NCBI GenBank assembly: GCA_965113315.1
Contig: OZ220367.1
From: Podarcis vaucheri
Taxonomy: Eukaryota
Length of the DNA stretch: 64,000 bases
Direction: 5' to 3' (one strand)
The stretch's first letter is position 1. Every line of letters starts with the position of its first letter. The translations under genes were made by a program, and so were the position numbers. The notes beneath the pieces are model-generated. The model saw only the letters and a program-made list of their open reading frames with translations, did no database searches and was not told where the DNA came from. Shown piece after piece: positions 9,836-22,870 of this stretch.

Positions 9836-10288
9836 TGTCAAGGGATGGTTAGCTGCTTGTGCTTAAAATTGTGCCCCTTCAGAGTTTGTGCGACCCCACA
9901 AACCTCTGTGTGTGACAGAGCTCCTCAGACATGTCTGCTCTAGTCACTAGTAGAGTCTGACAGTGGCTGTCTGCGGAAGCGCTTCCAGCAAAGAAGTTCC
10001 TTAACGGAAACACGTCTCCTGGACTCACGACGTGGCAGCTTCCGGCGCAGCATGGGTCTCCCTGCAGTTGCTTCTGACACCTCCCCGCTATTTTCGCTCG
10101 AAGTGTCTCTCACCCCTTTCTCTCCCCTGCTGCTTCCTGCCTGGGCTGCTGCGTCTCTCTCAGCATTACTGAGATCCTCCTCCAGAGACCCCGCGCTCCC
10201 CCTGCTGGTCCCTGCTTTGGCTGTTGACTCTCTCCCAGTCTCTGGGAGCCTTACCACTTCCCTTTCCTCCGATGTCAGTTCCCTGACA
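9836..10288 (-). repeat. 5' LTR
   Basis: Direct repeat of 4727-5179. Confidence 0.95.
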
Positions 10289-11658
10289 ATAACTTTAATA
10301 TTTCTTTAAAAATATTAATAATTATTAATTTAAACTTAAGTGTTTCTTTCTAAAATAAAATAAAAAATTACCCTGGCCTTCCTCTCATAAGAGGCCAGGG
10401 CATCAAGTAACAAACATGACACACAAATGAATATCAGAAAACCAAACTAGTACAGAGAGGTACAGGACATTGTTTAGAGGCTTGCAGATTGCTGGAGGGT
10501 GCAAGGGACTGTGGTGAGGACCTGTAAAAGTTGCTTTCTCTCCCTCTCTCTCCACCACTCTCCACCTTTCACTAGTGAAAGCATCCCCTGAGCAGGAACT
10601 CTTCTCAGGCAACTTTCCTACTGTTGGAGCGGGGTGGGGGGGAATAGATCCAAGTCTATTTGGTATGCATCTAGATTCTTGTGCAATGTTGTTTCTGAAT
10701 GGTTCTAAAGGCAGCCGGAAAGTAAACAGGTTAATTTAAAACAAAACAAATCTCAAAACCCATTGTAACACCCACAACACAATAGCCCTCAGTCCCCTGG
10801 CTGATGGACAGGGCCATTATACATTTCCATTCTCCTCTCCATTGCCCAGACACCTGAGGGTTGGAACAGAGAGTTCTTTCAAAAAATGAGGGGACAATGT
10901 AAACTCTCTGAAGGTGCTCCTTCTCTGGCTGGTGGATGTGGCTAGGCTATTCTTCACCTTGCCATGATGTCCTTCTTTACAGATAATGCATCCACCCACT
11001 CAGAGTTTTAACTTCTAGAGACTTCAGAAACATAAAACTGTGAGGAATGACAAAACTAGCAGCAACAATAAAAAATCACCAAGGCATCACAAACGGGCAA
11101 GAATGGGGACAGTGACTAGGATTCTGAGTTTGGAACCACTGGAAGGAGGGGGGGAACCCTGCCTGAAGGTCCAATCATCAGAGACTCCAATCATGCAAGT
11201 GGAAGAGGGGACAGATATTACTTTTGTTGGATCCCTCTTCCTCCTGAAGTCCTGTCTGCCCCCTAACAGTTGTGCTAGAGGGTTGGGGACCCTCCAGAGC
11301 TGCATGATGAGTGATGCTGTGGACTACAGGATAAAGAGGGGACTCAACAAAAATTGCAGCCTCCTCTTCCACCCCCACCTTTGCTGGTAGAATTGTCTGC
11401 CAGAATCTTGGTTCTATCAATGAGACCTTCTATTCATGGATGCCTAATTAGTATTCAAGTCAATGGTTTTATGAATAAGAACCAGAAGATAGAAACTGTT
11501 CTTGGTAAAGAGTGACTGTCAGGGTGTATGTCATTTTGCCTGAATGGGATAGGCAGACTTTGCAAAGGAAGCAGCATCATGATTTTCTCATTACATACCG
11601 TACATCTCTTTACCTCACACCTGGCAAAATGGCTGAAACACAGGAAAAGTCCTTAGGA

Positions 11659-11796
11659 CAGGCATAGGCAAACTCGGCCCTCCAGATGTTTTTTGGCACT
11701 ACAACTCCCATCATCCCTCACCACTGGTCCTGTTAGCTAAGGATGGTGGGAGTTGTAGTCCCGAAACATCTGGAGGGCTGAGTTTGCCTATGCCTG
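11659..11796. mobile_element. hAT-type MITE
   Basis: Terminal inverted repeat (TIR) CAGGCATAGGCAAACTC, palindromic body and 8-bp TSD CCTTAGGA. Confidence 0.88.
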
Positions 11797-14589
11797 CCTT
11801 AGGATATCCCAATGCCATTTTTTCAGCGTTTAAAAAAGAAAGAAAGCTAAACTGCATTCATCTGTAGTGGTGAAATTTGTACCGAGGCTCAAGCATGGCA
11901 ACATTTTAGCACCTTTTTAAAATAGTAAAACACAACCTAAATGTAGTCGGATGCTTGAAAACAAAGTCATACACAATCTAGGAAAGAGAAACCAAACTGG
12001 GCATTGTATGGCTTCCATACAGGGTTTTTCGTCACCATGATGGCCTTTTTTATATAGGTCAAATGATCCAACACCATAAGCAATTTAGATGCTATTAACT
12101 CATCATAATTTCAGTGTATCCTGTAACCTATAATTTAGCTATGTCGCTCAGATACACAAACCAGTCCATCAGCATTAACAACAACAAATTGCACCATATA
12201 TGCAGCAGTGTGTACTTTACACATATTTATTGCAGAGGCTGTACTTTAATGACGCTAAATATGTAGCAACACAACCTATAAAACATATGAGGCTTAAAAT
12301 ATTCCTCTGCACTAAGGTTCTTACTGGATCAGCATTGCAGGCTCTTTCTCTCTTTCTCTCTAGCGTTAACAAATACCACGTTAAGCTTCTGTCGACATCC
12401 CTAATTGCAAGGAGGAAAACATTTACAATAACATGAAAATATCTTGGTTGTGTTTTTTTAAGGGTAGGTGTCTGTTCACACTTGGTCAGGATTACTTGGA
12501 TTAGAAGAAGAAAGGATTAAAAGTCAATGTAAGATGCTACAATTATTTTATTGAACTTGGAGCTAGCTTTTGGCAATTCACCTTCTACATCATATGTACT
12601 CTTTAGAGCAGTAGTTACCAAACATGGTTTCCCCTGGGCCACTTGAAAATTGCTTCAGGTCTTGGCAGATCACTTAATTCCAGACCTTCTCCTGTTTTGC
12701 TTCCCCTGTCTTGCCACCAGCCACGGCTTTATTTCTCTAAGGAAAAGCCTCCTCCCCAATCACTTCTGTTCCATCCTGCTCACCTTCCAGGCAGACCACC
12801 AAATTCTAAGAATCATGAAGTAGCCACTATGCCAGCTGTTCTTCACACGCGCACAGCTACTGTGCCCACCATTCTTCACACACACACAGATTCAACACCA
12901 CTATGCAGAGTCACCACCATGAGCCTCCTCATGGTTGAAGTTCATGCACTATTGGTGGTCCCCAGAGCACTTTAGGAACCCCCACTTTAGAGCCCTGATT
13001 TGAAAATAGAATAGAATAGCTCCATGTTGGCCATGCTGAACTCCTTGGAAGAAAGGCAAGATTCAAACAAGATAAAACATACTCATACTGGCTGTCATCT
13101 TTGGGAAGGCAACCAGTTTAGATGAGCCTTTGGTCTCTCTTTCCACATAAAATTCCATCTCTACCTGGATTATATTTTCTTGCCTCTCAAAAATAATTCT
13201 CACAAGGTTAAATGAAAAACAAGCATATACAGTTTGTGGGTTGTAGGGTTTAACTTCAATTTAACAGCTTACTACTAGTAGTAGTAGTCTAATAAAGAGG
13301 AGTAGAGGAAGTCTTCACAAAGACAATACCATGCTAGTGAAACTGACTTTGCGTCTGTTAAAAAATGCTTTGAAGTCCCCATCTGATCATATGCAGTAGA
13401 CATGAATGCCTTTAAGGCTCACAGGAGTTCACTACAAGGGCATGAAGGGAAGCACTGTGCTGCTTGCATTACTGAAGAAGCTATTGCCCAATTAGTGCCA
13501 CAACTGCCATGGACGCTGGCAGTTAACAAAAAGAGCAAATGAGAAAGCACAGCTTTAAGATGACAAAGCTCATTAGTGGAAGATCAATCCAAGGGCATGC
13601 TTGAACAACTGCCCAGTACTCCCAACACGTTAAAGGCCTCACACAGATCTCCTCATTGAGCAAGCTTATTGCTAGGAGTTGGCAGAGGTGGCTTAAAAAC
13701 CTATAGATTACATAATGTCATTTTTGGGGAGAAGTGCTGTTTTTAAGGGATGCTTTTTAAAAAATGTTTTAAGTCTATCCAAGACACAATCGTCCCAGCT
13801 CATTGTATAGTACAGCAATGGGGGACCTGGGACCTTTCAGAAGTTTCCTGATTACAACCCCCACCAGCCCCAGCCAGCATGGCCAACAGTCAAGGATGAT
13901 GGGAGTTGTAGTCCAACATCACCTTGGAAGGCATCATGTTGGGTACATCATTTAGTATCCTGTATTTTGTCTGTATCTATAAATAATCTAAAATGTCAAG
14001 CATTCACACAACACAGGAAGCCAAGCTTTACAATCCCTGTGCTCCTAGTAGGATTACACTTGGTGCAATGAGTGTGTACATAGCTTCAGATGACATTGTG
14101 GGGTTTTCCAGTTCAGATTCAGTTGCTGTTCCAACTTTTATATTCTTTGCTGTAAATTGAAGTCACTGCTACTTGTCCCTTTTTCAGTGGCTTTGGTAAA
14201 CCACTGTCTTCTGACTTCATAAGCACACGCTGCTGGTAAAACCAATATTGAAATTGTTCCAGGCATCTTGAAATCTCTCTGTTGAGAAAGGAAGGGCAGA
14301 AAGGGGAGGCGTTTGGAAAGAGAGGAAGCCGAAACATAGGAAGTTGCTACCTGTAAAAGCTGTGTCAGCAAGCTGAGATCATGGGGCTTTCTCCTTGTTT
14401 AGAGTCATCATAGACCACAGCATATGAAGTCAAGTGTTTCCTACGGAAGTCCAACCAAGGTCCTCCACTTTCACAAGTGAAGCTTGAATTGCTGCATCTC
14501 ATTGACAAGGTACCGCACAAAGGCTCCTGAGCAAGCTTTACAGTCATGGAATGAGAGGCGAAGCCCTCTTATGGATCAGAAATTGGTTA

Positions 14590-15120
14590 AGTAGCAGGAA
14601 GCATACAGGAGTCGTCAATGGACAGTCCTCCAAATGGAGAGATGTAGAAAGTGGAGTCAATTAAACCAAGAAGAAAGGTTACAGCATTTGGGACTTTTTG
14701 GTTTACAAAAAAAGTTAAGAGGTTGCACGATAAAACTCTGCAAGGCATAAAGGCACAAAGAAATCGGATAGAGAAACGTTTTTGTCTCTTTCTTTCATAA
14801 CACTAGAACTCGTGGAAATTCAATGATGCAGAATGATGGAAGATTCTGGACCAATAAAAGAAAGTAATTATTTACACAGCACTATGGAACTTGCTCCCAC
14901 AAGATGCAGTGATGGCCACCAACTTCAGGGGCTGAAAAGATTAGACAAATTCATGGAGGACAAAGCTATCAATGGCTACCAGTCAAGATGTGTGTATTTT
15001 GCCTCCCAGTTACAGGGAACCACAGGTGGGCAGCTTGCATACTTCCCACAGGCAACTGGTTGGCCACTGGAATAGCTGGGCCATTGGCCTGATCCAACAG
15101 GCTTGTCCTATGTTCTTATG
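14590..15120 (+). mobile_element. Old CR1 LINE 3' fragment
   Basis: Degenerate CR1 ORF2 end and 3' UTR (TTAGACAAATTCATGGAGGACAAAGCTATCAATGGCTAC...TGTTCTTATG). Confidence 0.65.
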
Positions 15121-16228
15121 TCCTACAGAGACAAATGGATAGGAAATGCATTTCCCACCCGACTGGTTGATGAGTAGATATTTCAGTGATGCCCACTGGT
15201 TGCTTGGACATATTTACTAGATCTCTTACCTAGACCTCTTAAAACAGTTCACTGAAGGAATTTTTCGAAGTGGTATGAGAAGTCTGAGATGCTGTGCACT
15301 CTGGATCCACTCTGAGACAGTCAATGTGAAGAAAACTACATGGTTGAAACAAAACTGGCAACTGGAAGTGTTGTTTATCTGCAACAGGCCATTTAAGGTT
15401 TTTGTGTTTAGAAGCCATTTTATCATATTGTTTGGCAAGTGAAGCACCTGTTCAAATTAGGCTGCGGACCTCCATTTACTTGTGTTAATTAAATGTAAAT
15501 GTATATCACATTTTAGCACTGGGACTAGAAATGGTTATTTTCCGTTCATAATTACATATGGTGTAAAATTTATAAATCTTGGCGTCGCTAACTTTTAATC
15601 ATCTGCGATCTTAATTTATTATTTGCAGGAAACATATCAAACCCATGTACAAAATGAAATGCAATTTATTTGTAACACTCCCAAAATATTTAAACAGTTA
15701 TATAATGGGGCAGGCTAACCCACCATGGGACTCGAATGAGTGCAGCTCCCCACAATTTATGGCAGTATTGCAGTTGCTCAATATTCCCAGAAAGGTAACA
15801 GCAAAACTAGATTTACTGAACTCTGGGTAGGCAGATAAACCATAGTTCCTGTACAGTATTTGGTTGGTAGGTCATAAATTGTACAGATTGAGGGAACATC
15901 AGAAATAAGAAGGATAGAGGCTGGGAATAAAGCCCTATTTATAATTGGTTTACATGTTATCACAATCCTAAACCGTTACAGAACTTCTCAGGGTTTATAG
16001 TATAATAAGAAACATGGGTAATGGACATAGAAAAAGCTTATTAACATAGCCAGAATCCAGAAGTTAAGTTCTCAGGGATATTTTCCTGAATTTAACTATC
16101 TCTGATGATTTTGAATGACACTCCCTAGCCTAATTTTCTCACATTGCTTACTCTTCACTGTGTTTTGCATTAATCCATCCACCAGAGTTAACAACCCCAA
16201 TATTATTTACATACTAATTTACTCTTAA

Positions 16229-16595
16229 GGGACACGGGTGGCACTGTGGGTAAAACCTCAGTGCCTAGGACTTGCTGATCGCAAGGTCGGCGGTTCGAAT
16301 CCCCGCGGCGGGGTGATCTCCCATCGTTCGGTCCCAGCTCCTGCCTACCTAGCAGTTCGAAAGCACCCCCAAGTGCAAGTAGATAAATAGGTACCGCTTT
16401 ATAGCGGGAAGGTAAACGGCGTTTCCGTGTGCGGCGCTGGTGCTGGCTCGCCAGATGCCACTTAGTCACGCTGGCCATGTGACCCGGAAGTGTCTCCAGA
16501 CAGCGCTGGCTCCCGGCCTCTTGAGTGAGATGAGCGCGCAACCCTAGAGTCGGACACGACTGGCCCGTACGGGCAGGGGTACCTTTACCTTTACC
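16229..16595 (+). mobile_element. Sauria SINE, full length
   Basis: GGGACACGGGTGGCACTGTGG head, GGTTCGAATCC B-box, (ACCTTT)n tail, and ATTTACTC repeated on both flanks. Confidence 0.9.
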
Positions 16596-16976
16596 ATATT
16601 TACTCGGGGATGAAGATTATGTGAGTCAAAATTAGTCATTCAGCTTGTCATTTGTTGCTGATTGTCTGCCTTGAAAGGGCAAAGCAATCAAAAGCTGAAG
16701 GGAATCCAGAGATTATTACCCAAGAAATCTAATCAAGTAAATTGGTCTTTGGTGGATCAAAGTGAAAAACTCAAGAATGGTAGGCATCACTTTTATTTAA
16801 TAGAGAGCTAATTGTCTGCAACCAGGACACAGTTATATTGAATCCCATTGATGATGCTGAAGGATCCATGATAAGCCCAGGCTTTTAGCTAAAGCATTAA
16901 TAAACTACAGGCAGCAGTACAAATGTAGTTAAAATAGAAAAATATATACTTGTGTTAGCTTGGAATGAATTAAGTA

Positions 16977-17321
16977 CAGTGGTGCCCCGCAAGACGAATG
17001 CCTCGCAAGACGAAAAACTCACTAGACGAAACGGTTTTGCGGTTTTTGAGCTGCTTCGCAAGATGAATTTCCCTATGGGCTTGCTTCACAAGACGAAAAC
17101 GTCTTGCAAGTTTGTTTCCTTTTTCTTAACACTGTTAATACAGTTGTGACTTTACTTCGAGGAGCAACTCATAGAACGCGGTGTGGTAGCCTTTTTTGAG
17201 GTTTTTGGTGATTTTTGAAGCTTTTCCAAAACTTTTCCGATACCGTGCTTCGCAAGACGAAAAATTCGCTAGACAAAAAAACTCATGGAACGAATTAATT
17301 TCGTCTTGCGAGGCACCACTG
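16977..17321. mobile_element. Tc1/mariner (Tigger-like) MITE
   Basis: TIR CAGTGGTGCC(C/T)CGCAAGACGAA with TA TSD. Confidence 0.88.
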
Positions 17322-17656
17322 TATTGACCTTCGTTTCTCTCACATGGAACCACCTGCCCACAAGATAGCCTGCCCTTGTTGCTACATTCATTGTTGCTCA
17401 CAATTTACCCATAGGAGTCGTTTAAAATATTGTCTGTCTCCAGATAATTACTACTTTGGGAGTCCATGTTACAATGCAACAGCTACTATAAGCTAGTGGC
17501 AGAGTGAGCTGGTAATTAATGCACGAGCGTGTAGAAGCTATACAGAAAGCTGCATTGCCCAAGAGAGCAGTGATATTGTAGCAGCCTTTTCCAGAATCGG
17601 GGCTGGTCCTAGCTTTTTCATTCACAGTGACACGTCTCTGTGTGTATGAGGAAGGA

Positions 17657-17866
17657 TCGGTGTCCAAACTTTTTTCAAAGAGGGCCAGATTTGATGAAGT
17701 GAAGGGCCGTGAGGGCCGACCAAATGGCCAACCAAAGTTGTTAACCTTTTTTTTAGGATTGAAGTTGTTGAGGGATTTTACCCCAGAAAATTAACTGCCA
17801 CAGGGGCCGGATTAAACCGACCAGTGGGCCAGATTAGGCCCCCGAAATGGACTTTGGACATGCCTG
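17657..17866. mobile_element. hAT-type MITE, degraded
   Basis: GGTGTCCAAACT ... ACTTTGGACATGCCTG termini with internal GGGCC repeats. Confidence 0.6.
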
Positions 17867-18039
17867 CTAGACTATCCTTTCCATGTAGTGCATTTTCCAC
17901 AAGACACATCAGGAAGCAAATGCACACATTTCATAGATGATGGTGCACACCTATCTCCTCTTTACTTGAAGTTGAACTCCATGGAAGAAAAGCCATGTCT
18001 GAGTTGTCTCTTAGGGGCCAAGATGCAGCTGAGTTCATA

Positions 18040-18208
18040 CCGTATTTTTTGCTCTATAACAAGCACCTGACCATAACACGCACGTAGTTTTTAGAGGAGG
18101 AAAATCCATAGGCATGCCACCCGTAGGCATTCCCTCCATAACACGCACAGACATTTCCCCTTACTTTCTAGGAGGAAAAAACTGAGTGTTATGGTGCAAA
18201 AAATACGG
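18040..18208. mobile_element. pogo/Tc2-like MITE
   Basis: TIR CCGTATTTTTTGC with TA TSD. Confidence 0.85.
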
Positions 18209-18434
18209 TAATTTTGTCCAATAAGCCGAGGCCTGCAGCACAGCTGCCATCATTCTGTGCTCAGCCAGAAACTAAAAGATGCTGCTGTTGACACTGAGGT
18301 ATTTGCCTATTGTAAATATTTTCACTTCCTATATTTTTCAGACGTTAGAACTTGTACAACCCATGATGTGTCCTAGATCAATTGCCACCAGTGTGTCTCC
18401 TGAAAAGCATTTGACCAGCAAATCAACAATAATA

Positions 18435-18468
18435 ATGGGGTCTAACATGTCATATGTGAAGCTTCCAG
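18435..18468 (+). CDS. GPR87: GPR87 first coding exon (MGSNMSYVKLP + G)
   Basis: ATG at 18435, 34 coding nt, donor CAG|GTAAAT and acceptor TTTTTCAG at 18341. The phase matches the exon starting at 20228 and mirrors the mammalian MGFNLTLAKLP exon. Confidence 0.85.
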
Positions 18469-20227
18469 GTAAATGACTTTAAAAATAAATAAATCAGGAA
18501 TTTCTGATACAGTTGTTTTAGAGAGGAGTTAATAATTTATACAGTTGTACCTCCTTTTTAGTACCACGTTGTTAGTTGAGTTTCACATAACAGCAGTTCA
18601 TTTAGAAGACTTCCCAAAAACAACCATTGGTTATTTCCATTCCTGCTTAGCATTCTAACCAAGCTCGTGAGGTCATTGTCTTTAAACCTCGAACCATCTA
18701 ATAAACAGACTACCCCTGGTTCACACACACATCCTTTCTTTAATAATCAAAATTCACAAGTACCCCTAATGAAGCTCCTCATTATCAATATATTTGAAAA
18801 AAGATAACCATACCTGTATATACACCACAATCTAGTGAAGATAACCCTTGCTCGCATGCCATTCACTTTCAGAAAACCACTATGCATGCAGTTCCACTTG
18901 CTACACAGCTGCAGCCAGCATTTGGCATTCTCAACACAGTTCCTGCTGCTGGGCTTGGAATGCATGGGCAGTGCCAAAGAGTAGAGACTGCCTGTGGTGT
19001 CAGGTTTGGGGGAACCCTAGATTGAAGACTCCATATTCTCCTCCTCTTAAAAAAAAGCAAGCAAACAAATATAGCAGTGCTATCAATGCCAATAGCACAA
19101 TGATCTGATTGGCAGGTATGTATGCAAGCAGATACTCACCTACAGCCTGCTACTGCATTCGTGAGTCTAGAGACTGGCAATTAGGAATTTAATCAAGCAC
19201 CTGGTGGTCCTCACTACATGATCAGCATGCCACAAAAATACCCTATGATTCACAGGACTTAGAAGCCTGATGCAGTCTGAACTGATGGGTAAAGAGTTCC
19301 TAAAGCAAGGGAGGCTCTCTTGCAGCGTTGCACCACAAATGGCATAAAAAGCAGGACCCAAGGTTTGGCTAGACAGGAGCAGGATGATCTGTGGTTCTCG
19401 TGTTGTCACAGATTTAGCACTACCCCGCACAATCTCTGAACTCGGCTTGCAGCCTCATTGCTTCCAAACCTTCAATAAATGGAGAATTTACAGTTTCCTT
19501 AGGCAGCTCATTCTGCTGCTGAACTGGTCTTAAGAGTTATGAACACAGCATATATTTATGTTCCAGTCTTCCCCCTCCCTTTCAATACCCTTTTGTGTCC
19601 TTGAATAAGACTCCGAGGGCTCATCCCAACAAGCCTTTGCATGCAGACAGGATCTTAGTCACTGGCATCACTAAGCATACTTGTGCAGCTGGCTGCTATT
19701 CGGAGTTTAAAACCATGCACGCCCTGCCACCTCATTGCTGGAGCTGTGGTCTGAAGCCCTTTTCTGTAGCGTGCAAACATAGCAGTGTAATAAAAACATT
19801 TTCTTGAAAGAGGAGGGCAACTCCCCTGGCTGTACCAGGTGTAGAACCTCACTCTGCTGACCTCCTAAGAACCACCCTGCTGAATCAGACCAAATATTTA
19901 TGCATTCCAGCACTACATTTCCAGCAGAGCCCAACCAGGTGCTTCACAAGCGGAGACAAAAAGCAATAGCCACCTCTAGTTGTTAATCCCAAACAACTGC
20001 TATCCATCATGTCTAATTGCACCCTTTCTACATGCTCCACAGTTACTCAAATGTGATAGATGAGTGTGCATCCAGAAACAGTTTCTGGATTCCTTCTGTT
20101 CACATAAATTAGGGGGATGTGACTCTTGATTATAGGGGTAACTATTGAGTTATTGTTGTTATAGTTCTGTATGAATAGCTACGATTGTTAAACCAACTTA
20201 GACCATTTCTTTCCATCATTCCCATAG

Positions 20228-21270
20228 ATCATCATCAACATCTGGGTCAAGGCAACAGTATTTTAGCCAACTGTTCACAAGATCTACCTGGGAATTCTAC
20301 CAGTAATGAATTCACAACCATTGTCTTACCTGTGCTTTACCTCGTCATATTCCTGGCTAGCATCTTACTGAACAGCTTGGCTGTATGGATTTTCTTCCAC
20401 ATCAGAAACAAGACCAGCTTTATCTTTTACCTCAAAAACATTGTGGTTGCGGACTTGATGATGACCCTGACATTTCCATTTAAAATCATCCAGGACTCAA
20501 GACTGGGGCCATGGTACTTCCATTTTTTCCTGTGCCGGTATTCGACCGTTTTGTTCTACGCCAACATGTACACTACGATTGTGTTCCTTGGGCTCATTAG
20601 CATCGATCGTTATCTGAAAGTGGTCAAACCCTTTGGGGATTCCAGGATGTACAGCATCAGGTTCACCAAGATTCTGTCTGCGTGCGTTTGGATTGTCATG
20701 GCATTTTTAGCCTTGCCAAATGTGATCCTTACAAATGGTCATGCAACTAGGAAAAACGTAGGCGACTGCTTAAAGCTAAAGAATTCCCTGGGAGTCAAAT
20801 GGCACAGAGCTGTCATTTACATCAACAACGGCATGTTTGTCGTTGTACTGATAGTATTGATAGGATGTTACATTGAAATATCAAAGTATATCTACAAATC
20901 AAGCAAACAATTTACCAGTCCTTCAAGTCGCAAACGGAAGCACAACCAAAGCATAAGGGTGGTTGTAGCAGTGTTTTTCACGTGTTTCTTGCCATATCAT
21001 TTGTGCAGAATACCTTTTATTTTTGGCCACCTAGATAAACTTTTGGATGAATCGGCACACAAAATCCTGTACTACTGCAAGGAAGTGACACTTTTCCTTT
21101 CTGCGTGCAACGTGTGCCTAGATCCAATCATCTACTTTTTCATGTGTAGATCATTTTCAAGAAGGATGTTTAGGAAATCAAACATGCGAACGAGGAGCGA
21201 AAGCATTAGATCGCTTCAGAGTGTTAGAAGATCAGAGGTGCGAATATATCATGAATACGTTGATCTGTGA
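20228..21270 (+). CDS. GPR87: G protein-coupled receptor 87, main coding exon (358 aa after splicing)
   Basis: 7TM protein with [46 protein letters not shown] and [19 protein letters not shown]; acceptor CCCATAG at 20227. Confidence 0.96.
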
Positions 21271-21335
21271 CGCTGAAGACAATGAGATGGACATTCCGTC
21301 CCGTATTTGTATCCGTATATTTGTTATTTGTAAAT

Positions 21336-21341
21336 AATAAA
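21336..21341 (+). terminator. Probable GPR87 polyadenylation signal
   Basis: AATAAA 65 nt after the stop codon in an AU-rich context. Confidence 0.6.
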
Positions 21342-21581
21342 GTATTTTTGATTGATTATAACAAATGTCCACTGTTTTTCATGTTATTCTGCGCACAAGG
21401 GAGCCATGCAGAATATAGCAGAGTAACCAAGCCTTTGACTTACCGTAATCTAGGCTAGACTATTACAAATGTTGTACTGTGCCATCTAGTGGAGGAAAAC
21501 ATGCTTCTGTTACAATACTAGGAAGTTAAATATTCAGAATCAAAATTGCTTCTGAAACAATGCTGTCTGAATCACATCTGT

Positions 21582-21720
21582 TAAGTCGGTAAAGCTTGAG
21601 ACTCTTAATCTCAGTGTTGTGGGTTACAGCCTCACATTGGGCAAAAGATTCCCGCATTGCAGAGGGTTGGACTAGATGATCCTTGCGGTCCTTTCCAACT
21701 ACAGTTCTATGATTCTATGA
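21582..21720 (+). mobile_element. tRNA-Lys-derived SINE with CR1-type tail
   Basis: GAGACTCTTAATCTCAG anticodon-arm-like head and (ATTCTATG)n tail. Related copies lie at about 40685-40755 and 45652-45776. Confidence 0.75.
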
Positions 21721-21780
21721 CAATTATTATCAATAATCAACAAAAGGGTTCCAGAAAGAAAGAAAATACTTCAGAACATA

Positions 21781-21782
<2 letters not shown>

Positions 21783-21822
<40 letters not shown>
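21783..21822. repeat. (TG)n microsatellite
   Basis: About 20 perfect TG units. Confidence 0.95.
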
Positions 21823-21826
<4 letters not shown>

Positions 21827-22870
21827 ATTGCAATATTTATTGTTTAATAACAAATCCTCAGAAACTACTTGAATTCACTTTCATGGGAGGTCATTGTTTT
21901 CTTCATAATATTATATGAGGAGCAACCAGTTTACCCAGAATTTGTTTCTATATTTTCATGCAATTCTCACTCTTAGATAAGATGCTCCTATTGCTATTAT
22001 AGCCAAATCCCGAACTTGATCAAGCCATTCTTTGCAAGAAAGGAGTAATGTAACTTACCAGTATTGAGTCATTAACATTCTTGCAGCTGTTAACAGATAG
22101 AATGTAGGCTACTTATGTTCTTCTTTATGATATAGACCAGCAACATAAACAATGGATTCATTGTTAAACAAATGGGAGCCAAAAATCATTGCCAATCTAC
22201 TTCATATCAGCCAGAGATCTATTAGCGGATCCTCTTCTATCTACTGGCCACTCCTGCACTACAGTAAACATGTTTCTACAGAAGAGATGTGACGGTGATG
22301 CATTTTTAATTTATAGCTGCCAACTTTTCCCTTTTTTTAAGGGAAATTCTCTTATTCCAAATAGGATTCCTCACAAGAAAAGGCAAAAGTTGACAGCTAT
22401 GTTTTAATTGCCTCACTTTCTTTCTGAAGGAAAAACCTATAATTAAATCCATATAGTAGTTGGATGAGGCATTCTCCTTAATCTTATTTATAGTATGTTT
22501 TGACTGAGGAGTATTAATAACTATCACACTCTAATGTGATAGAATCTAATGCAGTAGATTAGCACATGGAATTCTGGGTGCTGCCAAACATGATCAATTT
22601 AAAATTAAACCTCATGTATTGTAGTTATGTTGCACAACCAGAAGGTGGCAAGAAACTATTGTTGATTCATGCTGATTCATTTTTATACATTCCAATTATG
22701 TTTCCCCTTACTTGCCTTTCTTTCTAATTTTTTTTTAACTGTAGCTTCTAGAACTGAAGACAGTACTCCAAGTGGGATTGCACCATAGATTTGTAAAAAG
22801 AAGCAAGTACCTGTTTCTTTAAAAAAAAAAAATCCTTTTCTGGTTATCCCTAACATGGTATGTGCATGTT

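Larger units (their letters stand above)
4727..10288 (-). mobile_element. Full-length Ty3/Gypsy chromovirus (Tf1/sushi group) LTR retrotransposon
   Basis: Two 453-bp LTRs with TG...CA ends, TSD ATAAC (4722-4726, 10289-10293), gag followed by PR-RT-RH-IN-chromodomain, and a polypurine tract next to the 3' LTR. Confidence 0.97.

Noticed and set aside
4943-9943. Plus-strand ORFs over the Gypsy element (e.g. 4943..5437, 7834..8400, 8452..9174, 9437..9943)
   Set aside because: Antisense shadows of gag/pol with no recognisable domain.
13590-17866. p53 half-sites (GGGCATGCTT at about 13593, GGACATGCCT at about 17856) upstream of GPR87
   Set aside because: Single decamers without a paired half-site; one lies in a transposon end.
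20185-20227. ORF-track start of GPR87
   Set aside because: Non-ATG start inside an intron; the true start is in the exon at 18435.
21582-21640. tRNA gene
   Set aside because: Degenerate tRNA-like head fused to a CR1-type tail, so it is a SINE.
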